Part shown: positions 11,306 through 22,500 of the stretch, piece by piece
Position numbering within the stretch: the first letter of the stretch is position 1
Layout of the letters: every line of letters starts with the position of its first letter
Assembly (NCBI RefSeq): GCF_964355755.1
Contig: NC_092670.1
Location: forward strand, 1,974,201 to 2,038,200
DNA: 64,000 bases
Origin: Antedon mediterranea
Taxonomy: Eukaryota > Animalia > Echinodermata
Direction: 5' to 3'
Program-made: the position numbers and the translations under genes
Notes under the pieces: generated by a model
Told to the model about the DNA's origin: nothing
What the model saw: only the letters and a program-made list of their open reading frames with translations
Databases searched by the model: none

Positions 11306-12828
11306 CTAAGAAAACTGTGTGAATGCAAGCACTTTAAATCCTACCAAAAGGTTTAAAAACATACTGATGTTTAAAATGCTACATAATTGTAATATTGTAT
11401 ATTATTATATTGTTTTTATTTACTCATGTTAGCCTTGGTTAATTTTATTGTATACTCTTTTACTAATTGCATGTACATAATTACTTCTGTCAGAAAGGTT
11501 ATGTTTTTGTCTGCGATATTTTTATGTGTTTCTCGGTTATAAAAACGGTACTGTATAATCTCTGATGTTAGTCTAATCTGGAAATCGTCCTTTTAAATGA
11601 ATGTGCATTTAATGACGTAATTTTAAACTAAGATATATATTTTTCTATGCCAGTTTTATTTCAGGCTGCTAATTTCTTGTATTTTCTTTTGAACTGAAAA
11701 GCCTATATTTTTGTCAGCAATTCAGTTGGGTTGTGATCATTATAATTTTTTATGTTATTTTAAATTACTATACTATGATATTGTTTGTTTCACTTTCAGT
11801 CTTTTTTAATGAATTACAGTTTTATTTAGCTGCTTGCCTGAACATGGCCAATTTGAATCAAAACCAGTGACGGATTAAATCTCTATTACATCCGTTCAAG
11901 GTATATTACCTCCATGATATTTTTTAGGCAGGTTATAAAGTATAACTATGGAACTATATATAGATTCACATTGAGTGATACTCCAGTTGCAGTTTTTTCA
12001 ATTACATAATCAAGATTCATTTAAAAGAATGAATCAATCAAGATTCATCAGAAAAATACCACCAAAAAAAAAACACTTCCAGGTTCCACAAACCATAGTC
12101 TGGAGGTATATTTTTATATATCTCTATCAGGGAGTTGTAAAACTCCCTGACTCCCTGCCTCTATGCACTAACAAACAACTGAAGCAGCAGCAGCAATAGT
12201 GTATTGTCATGTCTCTGTTACTTTTATGCGCATGCGTATTTACGAAACGAAAATACAGAAGGGTGGTGGTGGTGGTAGAGTACGAAGCCCCATTGGGGAC
12301 ATATGTAAAAAAAAAGCCTCCACAACTCGTACGTACGACTTAGATATCTCGTACGTACGCTCTATTATCACGTACGTACGACTTATTATCTCGTACGTAC
12401 GTGTTATTTTCTCGTACGTACGACTTATTATCTCGTACGTACGTGTTACTTTCTCGTACGTACGAGTTATTATCTCGTACGTACGAGATAATTACTCGTA
12501 CGTATGCGTTATCTTGTATACGTCACACGTGTAATTGAACCATGAACCACGTGTGCGCACATTGACATATGTGGCCTGCTTGTTGACAACCTGATGAGCT
12601 AGACTGGCTCTAGTCTTATAGTACTACTCTCTATCAAATGGGATGGCCAGTCTGTGTATTCAGGAGGAGTGTATATGTGGTTGTCAAACCTTTTACCACT
12701 GTTAAGTGTAAGCTGACAGCGAATGTGATGTGAGAGAAGTTATAGAGATTTTAAACCAGGCGCAAGTTTGTCTAATTAATTACAACAATTCCTGTTAAAA
12801 CAACCTAGAATTCTCCACCCCTCTCTAA

Positions 12829-13110
12829 CCATAAAGTCATCTCATCTTGATTGTGATTACAAGAAGACTATTGCTCACGGCTCATTTCGAGAAGTATTCA
12901 AGGGAATGTACCAATATGAGCATGTTACCGTAAAGAAAGTGAAGTTGAGAAAGGGCAATCAAGCGTCCGAAGAAGCGGATTATAAGGGAGGCTCAATTAG
13001 ACCAACAACTCGCACACAAGAATATTGTAAAGTTCATTGGAATTTGCCTCTGGAGTATCCTTGATGTCTATCATCACTGAATTCATCTATTGGCAAAACA
13101 TGGAGGAAAC
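12829..13110 (+). pseudogene. Decayed protein-kinase N-lobe fragment (TKL/tyrosine-kinase-like)
   Basis: Manual translation gives LTIKSSHLDCDYKKTIAHGSFREVFKGMYQYEHVTVKK (Gly-loop, VAVK-like). After a frameshift it reads KKRIIREAQLDQQLAHKNIVKFIGIC (alphaC Glu, HxNIV), then SIITEFI. It is truncated before the catalytic loop. Confidence 0.75.
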
Positions 13111-13149
13111 GAAATAGGAAAGTGGTAGTTGCTGCAACTGGTGTTGTAG

Positions 13150-16100
13150 GTGTTTCGTATTTACACACAAGCAGATTATTCTGATGAATTACATGCATCA
13201 CATATACCTCCAGAAATAAATAATGCTGATTTTAATCCTCTGATAGATAACGACCTAAAATTCGACCAACAATCCAACATGTTAATAGATCATCTTAATT
13301 TAAGGTCATCCACGCTTGATAATTGCAAATATCATGATATCAATATATTTAATAATTTTACTGGCAAATTACCAGATAGTAATCACCTATCTCTATTACA
13401 TCTTAACATCAGAAGTGTATCTAATAAATTTGATAAACTTAACGAACTCGTACACTCTATTAACTTAAAATTCAGCATAATTGGCCTTTCTGAAACCTGG
13501 TTGAATGAAAGCAAAATGCATCCATTTCTTCATAATTATACTTTTTTATCTAGTGATCGCATTGGCAATAAAACAGGAGGTGGTGTTGGCTTGTTTGTTA
13601 AAAACCATATTAATTATAATATCAGAAATGACTTAATATTGCCAAAAGAAATATGTGACTCACTATTTATAGAAATCATTCATAAAAATAAGAAAAATTC
13701 TATTATTGGCATTATCTATAGACCACCGGATTCCAATATTGATACCTTCTCTACAATAATAAATGACCTACTAACTAAAGTAAATTCTGAAAATAAATAT
13801 TGTAATATAATGGGAGATTTTAATATTGACCTTATTAAATTTCATAACCATAATCATATCAATAATTATCTAAATACTATTTTATTAAATTCTTTTTTTC
13901 CTACTATTTCGAAACCAACCAGAATTACAACAAATAGTGCGACTCTTATTGATCATTTTTATACAAATCACATAAATCTTGAAATAACATCCGGTATAAT
14001 AATATCAGATATCTCTGACCATCTACCTATATTCCAAATAATTGACTATGATTTATGTTTTAAAAACACCTCAATTGATTACTCACATTATGTTGCAGAC
14101 ATAAATTCACTAAATTTTGATTTATCGCAGGCTGATTGGTCAAGTGTTTATAATGCTGATTATAAATCTGCTATTGATACATTTAATGATATATTTTTTA
14201 GTATTTATCAACGACACTTGGTCACTAAAGAAATTAAAATAAATAAATATAAAAAATGCAAACAGCCTTGGATGACCCCTACTCTTCTTAAAAGCAGTCA
14301 ACGAAAACACTACCTTTATAAAAAATATATTAAATCTCAGAGCCCAAACGACAAAACAACATACACAAGTTATAATAATTTGTTTATTGCTCTTTGTCGT
14401 ACTGCTAAAAAACAATATTATGAAAGAAAATTCAATCAAGTCAAAACAAATATTAAGAAAGTTTGGGGTGTGATCAATTCTGTTTTAAATCCAGCTAGAA
14501 AAATTAATAAAAATCCCTCAGTCTTGAAAATTGGGGATGAATTTATTTATGATACTAACTCTATATGTGATCACTTTAACAAATATTTTTCAGAAATCGG
14601 TTTAAAAACGCTAAACTCCATCCCAGATAATAATATTGATCCAATGTCGAATTTACCACCCCCACCCATTAATTCATTTTTTTTTAACCCAGTCACTGAA
14701 AATGAAGTGTTGAACATGATCAACAGTCTAGACTCTAATAAAGGATCAGGACACGACTCCCTTACACCTTCTGTTCTTAAAAAAGTTACTCCTTTTATTT
14801 TAATTCCTCTTACTTATGTTATCAATTTATCTTTTACTACAGGAATCGTACCTGATCATATAAAATTAGCTAAAGTGGTCCCAGTTTTTAAAAAGGGAAA
14901 TGCAAACTTACTTAACAATTATAGACCGATTTCCGTTCTCCCCATTCTCTCAAAAATAATAGAAAAATTAATGCATACTCGTCTTTATACATATTTAACT
15001 AAACATAACATCCTAAATAATCATCAATATGGTTTTCGTAAAAAACACTCTACCTGTCACGCTATGCTTGAACTTATACATTCAATTAATAATGCATTTG
15101 AAAATAAAGAATTTTTGTTAAGCACTTTTCTTGATCTATCCAAAGCTTTTGATGTTGTTAATCATGATATTTTACTTTCAAAACTGTTACGTTATGGCAT
15201 TAGAGGTGTTTCGTTAAAATGGTTTATTAGTTATCTTAGTAATCGTAAACAATATGTACAGATTGGTAACTGTAAATCATCGGCAAAGAACGTTCCATGT
15301 GGTGTACCACAGGGGTCGGTCCTTGGACCCTTATTATTTCTTATTTACGTAAATGACATAACCTTTGTTAGTGATACACTGAATATTGTTTCCTTTGCCG
15401 ATGATACAACTTTATTTTATTCAAACAAAAATATTGATTTATTAGTAAATACCTTTAATTTAGAATTAAATAAGATTGAAAATTGGTTCTCTTCTAATAA
15501 ATTATTGATTAATACTTCAAAAACAAATTTCATTATATTTCACTCCCATCGAAACAGGCATAAATTAAGTAACAAAAACATTCAGGTTGTTCTAAATGGT
15601 AAAAATCTGGACCGAAAAAGCGAAACTTTATTTCTTGGAATTTTAATTAATGAAAACTTAAATTGGACCGGTCATCAGAAAAATATTTCAATCAAAATGT
15701 CTAAATGCATTGGTGTTATAAACCAGATAAAATATTTTTTTCCTCAACACATTTTACTTTCTTTGTATAATTCGCTTATATTACCACATTTACTTTTTGC
15801 AATATTATATGGGCAGCTGATTATCCATCAAATTTACAAAGAATTTTCATTTTACAAAAACGTGTTGTTCGATTATTAAACTTTGAACAATCTACATCTG
15901 CATCAGAACCTTTGTTTAAAAAACTTAAAATTTTAAAAATATATGACCTTCATAAACTTCAAGTTACTTCTTTTATGTTTGAATATGTTACTGGTTTACT
16001 ACCAAAGTCTGTTTCAATGTTATTTTCAAATCGTTTATTAGATCATACCTATAACATAAGAAATCCACATAAATTGTATGTTCCATTTGTTAAACTTAGA

Positions 16101-16495
16101 AAAAGCCAGTTTTTTATTACTTATTTAGGACCAACGTATTGGAATAATCTAGATTCAACTGCCATCAATCATTTATATACTGTAAATTCATTTAGAAAGC
16201 ATATAAAAATCCTTTATTTATCTTGTTACCAAACCTACTAAATATGTTGCGCACTGTATAATTTATTTAATTGTATGCGTTGTATTTGTATATTTATACG
16301 GTACCGTTCTTATTTTTGTTTGAATTATTATTATTATTTTAGGGGTCAATGTGAGACAAGTTCTACTTCTAATTTTGATCCCTAAGATGGTCTTATATTA
16401 ATTGTTTATGATTGTTTATTGTAATATTGTTTGTTATATATTGTGACCATCTTAAATAAATGTATTATTGAATTGAATTGAATTGAATTGAATTG
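13150..16495 (+). mobile_element. CR1/L2-group (Crack/Daphne-like) non-LTR retrotransposon: APE endonuclease + reverse transcriptase ORF2, 3' UTR and (ATTGA)n tail
   Basis: EN motifs are LHLNIRS, GLSETW, IYRPP, GDFN and SDHLP. RT motifs are YRPISVLP, FLDLSKAFD, GVPQGSVLGPLLF and FADD. One frameshift at T5 15794-15798 joins to the 15912-16241 ORF. AATAAA at 16455 is followed by (aattg)5. Confidence 0.92.
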
Positions 16496-16555
16496 TGTTT
16501 ACCGACCAACCCGCCGACATAGTGAGATGTAGAGTCGCGTTGCACGCGACTAAAA
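16496..16555. mobile_element. Helentron-associated (DINE/HINE-like) terminal fragment
   Basis: ccgaccaacccgccgacatagtg... is followed by the hairpin agtcgcg-ttgca-cgcgact and aaaa. A related inverted, degenerate piece lies at ~40265-40322. Confidence 0.55.
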
Positions 16556-17297
16556 CGTATATTGACTTGCTTGCCTTTTATAATTTTGAAGACATTGAAC
16601 TATCATCATTAAAGCAGGGAAGAATTAAAGTGATTTTAAAATATGTAGTAAAATATAATGAAAATTAAAAGGATAAGAGTGTAAGCTACAGTATATCAGT
16701 TTAAAAGTAGACACTGACTATCTACCATCGTTTGAGGCAAAAATTAGGATATTATAAATAATATTAAGAAGCACAGAGTATGTGTCAATTTAGGATTTTT
16801 CAAATAAAACAAAATCATCATAAAACTTATTTTTGATTTACTGAATGTTGACACTTACACATACTGATATCTTCACAACTGTAGAAATCAAAACGAATAG
16901 TGATAACATCTTTGACACTTTTTCTATTAATTAAGAGCTCTGTAAGGTGCTCTTTAATCTTTAAAGGCACGACGTATTCTGCCCAACCTTTAACATCACG
17001 GCACCAGTGGTTTAATACCATACTTAAACCTATTACTAAGTAATGGTAACATTATATTGCTACATGTTTTAAGATTATTTTAAGTTTAAGTTTTTGTTCA
17101 ACGTTTCTATGATTAGAATGAGAGAAAGTAATTGTCCTCTACTAAAATATCGGCATACAGATGATTTACAATAAATTCACCGGGTTTTATAATTATTGTT
17201 TTGTTATTATTTTTCTATTATATTATAAGTCATTCATCATCGTAATAATTGTTTTTCAAATTTTGATATTTGTGAACCTTATAATTTTGGACATTTT

Positions 17298-17560
17298 GGA
17301 ATCGAGATGGCGGTTATTCGGTCACACCCTCAGATTGCAAAAGGAAGTCCCAGCCAATAAAGCAAAACTATTATTTTGAAAAATTTAAGCAACAAAAGTA
17401 TAGAGGACGACCACGATCCACACTACACTGGTAACTCTATCGAACGACCTGATCACCCTTCATAAACAATCATCAACTGCACTACCCCCTAGGATCAAAG
17501 TATAAAAGATATAGCGAACAGACAGGACCGGAGGAAAGCAATCCGAGATATAAGCAAAGC
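17298..17560 (+). mobile_element. RTE-type LINE 3' remnant
   Basis: Translates as ESRWRLFGHTLRLQKEVPANKA, then RGRPR-like, which is typical of the RTE ORF2 C-terminus. Contains stops and frameshifts. Confidence 0.55.
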
Positions 17561-18322
17561 TAAAATTTATAATGTTGTTGTTGCCACTATGTCACGTGGA
17601 CTTGTGGAAATTAAATTATATACAAAAAAAGTAGTAGAAGAGTAGTAATTTTCCTCGATCATTGAAAAACTTTGAATAAACCAAGTTATATACAGGACCG
17701 CTGGTATGGTTATTACTGCGAAACTATATCGCACCCAATCTAATTACGTTACAATATACATTTAGATTTGTAAACATTTTTCAAATAATATATACAAAAG
17801 ATGCGAAAACAAATAGACATAATAGATAGATATAAAATAATTTATAAATTGAAAAAGAAAATTCTAATGGACGCCCCAATTCATGTGATGTTATCCCCAT
17901 TTATTTCAACCACTCTCTTCTTGATAATTCAAAGCAATATTGATGGATTCAAAATCAATTATGTTTAGTTTACATAATGTCAAAATGAATATAGTCAAAT
18001 GCTTTTTTCACACATATAAATCAGAACCATCACTATAAAATCTTAGCTGTACTTAATATACTGATGCATGTCTGTAATTGTTGTAAATCCTTCGGAATTG
18101 ACATCATGTGGAGAGATTCATAAATGAATGATAAATATTAAGATTCTAAGCCCTGAGTTAATTGACTTCCTCATAGCCCGGTCGTTGGATGGATGGTCGT
18201 TTTTTAGAAAGTTTATCGCTTACGAGAGAGGTGGATAGACTGATAGCTATACATCTACATTAGCGGTGGATTGTTCTACATTAACGGTTGTTTCGACATT
18301 TTAGCTTGCGTTTTCTACATTA

Positions 18323-18465
18323 AGCTTGGTTCTCACTAGAACGTACGCAAGGACGTAAACGCAACGCAACCAATGACAAGCGGCAGTTCGGATAATCCAT
18401 CGCTTGTGATTGGTCAATTCACTCACGTTGCGTTACGTGTTGCGTCTCTAGTGGGAACCAAGCAT
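18323..18465. mobile_element. Short MITE (PIF/Harbinger-like)
   Basis: TIRs agcttggttctcactag / ctagtgggaaccaagca, with internal inverted acgcaacgcaaccaat / attgg...cgttgcgtt. Confidence 0.65.
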
Positions 18466-19520
18466 CCGGTTGTACACGTACGCACAAGAGTACAATATAA
18501 TAAGTCGTACGTACGAGATAATAAGTCGTACGTACGAGATAATAAGTCGTACGTACGAGATAATAAAGTCGTACGTACGAGATAATAAGTCGTACGTACG
18601 AGATAATAAGTCGTACGTACAAGATAGTGGCGGAAATTTAATTTTCTTTAATCAAACGGATGTCCCTAATGGGGCTTCGTAGTAGTCACAGTGTGTAGCG
18701 TAAAAGAAAAAATATAAGAAAAGAGATTCTGCACTTTTACTTTTTTCATACGCTACATCATACACACACAACACGGCCGTTAATTAATGGGTTTGTATTC
18801 GCTTTTTACAACGTCGAACCAATAGCTAATAGTATACCAATAGGCCTAGCCAAGGCTAGTAACACCAGTTAGAAACCCTATAAGTAAGGCCTATTAATAC
18901 TTAAATAGGCTAGCCGCCCTCCTACCCCTAGGCCTACCTTCTTTTTAGTAGGTAGGCTAAAAAAGGTCGGGCGTGCTTTTGTACATCCGCCCCTAACTAG
19001 GCTGGGACTAATGTAGGATGGAGGCCTAGGCTAGGCCTAGCTAGTTAGAGAAGCATCTATACCTAGGATAGGCCATTAGCGCCGGATAGGCATATCTATT
19101 TATATACTTAGTATTAATTATATAGGCCTAGGCCTAAATATTAATTGATTATAGTACTCTAGCTAGGTGGGATAGGCTAGGCCCTACTAGAGGCCTAGCT
19201 AGTCACGTAGTAGGTAGGAGCCTGACCCTATCTATAGGCTAGTATAGAGAGACATCTGTTCATTTTGCCGCCGTACATTCATTTACCCAAAAAAAGGGGC
19301 TGTTGAATGGTGAGCAATAAATAAATTTATGCATTCATATTAACCAACAGCCAAAATGACTGGTGGCTGAAATGTTCAAACATCAAATCTATTATTATTA
19401 ACTAGACTAAACTTACTTATAAATGCAATACATTGATTAAATTCTTTAAATTGAAATTTAGCCTAAACCTAGTTAGCTGTAAGAAATCAATGTTCCTGCA
19501 GCACTAACTAAATTTGCAGA

Positions 19521-22500
19521 ATGGATTTTGATGGCGTTCTGGAGAAAGTTGGAAGTTTTGGCAAAGCTCAATGGATATACACATTTCTTGCATGTTCGTT
19601 GACTATATGGGGTTCTGCAGTGACATTCAACCCTGTTTTTACAGCTCGTGAACCCGCGTTTACTTGTGATGGTTTGGAAAATGCGAGTGAAGTGTGTAAA
19701 TTGAACCCACCCTGTAGTCAATATGTTTACAACCTCACTGAGTTTTCATCACTTGTTGCTGACGTAAGTTTCAACTATAATATCTATTGTTTTATGATTT
19801 TACCATAGAGATATTACTGTATAGTTATACTCACCCACCTAGAAATAATTCAGAAAAGAAATATATGGGTAGTGGAAAGTTAAGCATGCCCACTAAATAT
19901 TTTTTTATATGGTTCACTAAGACTGCTTTGACAAAACACTATTTCATGTTTTTTAAAACCGTTCATTTATTGGAGTGAGTGCAGAACCAGATTGAGCTTT
20001 AGTTAGCCTATTCTCACTCACTGGTTATTATTATTTGTGACGACTGAATAAAAATATTATTATTATCCATGGACACGAAATAGCTCAAATTCGAATTATA
20101 AGGAAAAAAAAACAACTTTTATAGAATTTTGTGTCTGGTTTATCAATAATTCATAATTTAATTTATAACAAACTCATATTTTTACTACTGCTAAAATTTC
20201 CAGTTGACAGTAAAACCAAACAAATGCACAGTGGTGGTTTTATATCCATGTTTATATATGTACGTCTGTGATTGGACTGAATCAGAATCTACTCCAAATG
20301 TTCTGTATACATGATTGTTTTATCTTCTAGCTGAATCTTGTCTGTGACAGGAAGTTATATGTCGAGTATTGTATGTCTGTATTTTTTCTTGGTATTTTTG
20401 TCGGTGTGTTGATAATGGGGGCGCTTGCAGACAGAATTGGCAGGCATAAGGTCATGTCAGCTGGCATAGTTTTATGGATTATAAGCTCATTTTCTATAGC
20501 AGCTGTTCAAAGTGTTTGGCAACTTTTAATAATACGGTATGTTTTTCACAAAGCAGGGCTTATCGTTGAATTGTATTGTGCTTGTGCTTATTGTAGAATT
20601 TTACTGTTTTTATTGTAGAATTTTACTGTGGTTATTGTAGAATTTTACTGTGGTTATTGTAGAATTTTACTGTAGTTATTGTAGAATTTTACTGTAGTTA
20701 TTGTAGATTTTACTTTTTTTATTGTAGAATTTTATTGTGCTTATTGTTGAATTTTACTGTGCTTTTTATTGTAGAATTTTACTGTGCTTGTTGTAAAAAA
20801 ATTGTGACATATAAAACCGTTTCATACTATCTGAGGCACAACAATTTAACTTAAGTGGTTTTTCCTTTTGTTGAATTCTACTGTGCTTATTGTTGAATTT
20901 TACTGTGCTTATTGTAAAAAAATTGTGACATAAAACCGTTTTATACTATCTGAGGCACAACAATTTAACTTAAGTGGTTTTCCTTTTGTAGATTCTTGTG
21001 TGGTTTTTTAGGAGGAGGAGCAGGCTTGGTATCCTATGTGTTGCTTACTGAAATGATTAGTTCAAATCGTAGAGAATTTGTTGGCTTTCTTTTTAATTCA
21101 ACATTTTCCATAGGGTTTGCAGTAAGTGTTCTTTGTTATAAGAAATTGATTTCAAAACCATGTGATAAGTCTTGCTTAACAACATCCAGCATTCAATAAA
21201 ATTAAGTTCTTACTTAACTTAAGTCCCCCTTTTTACACATTTTGTATATTATCTAGTGTGGAGAAACAAATAGAATTGAAACAAAGTGGTGTGCTATTTG
21301 CGCGCGGCAATGAATAAATAATAGCAATAATGATAAATGTTGAAATAGTTGCTGGTATTATTTAAATTTAAAATTTGAATAAACCAAATCAATTCCTTGA
21401 ATAATAAAATTGAGGTTTGATTGATACCTCTTCTAGACTAGTGTCCCAAAATGCTTTATAATAGGTCTACTGGTTTGTGTAAAGTATTATAATCTAAGAC
21501 ATTGTATATACCATACCCGAGACATCCAGTTTTGGAGGAGAGTATTTAATATACCCGTATCAGTTCGGTACTCAAAATATATGTGAAAAAAAAACTATAA
21601 TGATGAGAAATTTTAAGCTGGGAATATCGGGTGCTGTATATGTATATCTGATTTGAAATCAGCACTGCTGACTCTTATGGCAGCCCCTGCATCCAGTATC
21701 TGCCTCAGACGTATTGGCTTATGCCTTTCCTCCGGTCAAGGTGGGCATTGGACGAAAGAGAAGTCCTTGACCTATGTTGGGATGAATCAAGGTGCTTTAA
21801 ACAGTCCTGGCTTTGTTTGTATCAAACCTGTTAGTGGCGGTAATTATCAGTTTTTATCAAATCTGTTAGTGGCGGTAATTATCACTGTTGGTCACATAAA
21901 AGTAATAAAATAATCTTTTTTTTTTCTATTTCTAGGTGTATGGTTTTTGTGCATATTTAATATATGATTGGCGTTTGTTAAGTGTGGTTTCCATATCGCC
22001 TGTCTTGTTTACTCTGTGTAATATAATGTAAGTAATAAATGTTCATTAAAAAAGAGAGTTCTTGAATATGGATATAAAATGTATAGCAAAATAAATGGTT
22101 ATTAAAAGAGAATTCTTGAATATGGATATAAAGAGAATGTATATATAAATATGAATCTTGACCAAAGTTAATGGAAAGTGAGAGACACTATTATTGTTAA
22201 ACTATTAAGTATTTTATTAAAACTCAAACTGACTATATTTTAGAATTCTTCCTGAATCACCACGATGGCTGGCAACAAATGGCAAAGTTACTCAAGCAGA
22301 GAATATTCTATATCAAATTGGAAAGAAGAATGGTAAAAAAATAGAGAGATCATTGATAGCATTAAAGCAGGTTACACCATTGACAAAAGAAAATAAATAT
22401 ACATATGTTGACCTCGTCAGGACGAGGGTCATGCTCAAGAGGAATGTAATACAATGGATAAATTGGTATATATTTAATATTTTCACTTAATAAATTAATA

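Larger units (their letters stand above)
12281..18681. mobile_element. 6.4-kb composite DNA transposon with TACG...CGTA termini and 21-bp subterminal repeat arrays (IS3EU-like)
   Basis: Left TIR tacgaagccccattggggacat pairs with right TIR atgtccctaatggggcttcgta. Inverted arrays of tcgtacgtacgacttattatc lie at 12327-12510 and ~18500-18622. Flanks gtagag / gtagtc match at 4 of 6 positions, a possible decayed 6-bp TSD. Confidence 0.7.

Noticed and set aside
12327-12510. Palindromic 21-bp repeats as CRISPR, or ORFs 12199-12534 and 18373-18682 as genes
   Set aside because: The linkers are 9 bp and nearly constant. The ORFs are translations of the tandem repeat (ISYVR units) within transposon ends.
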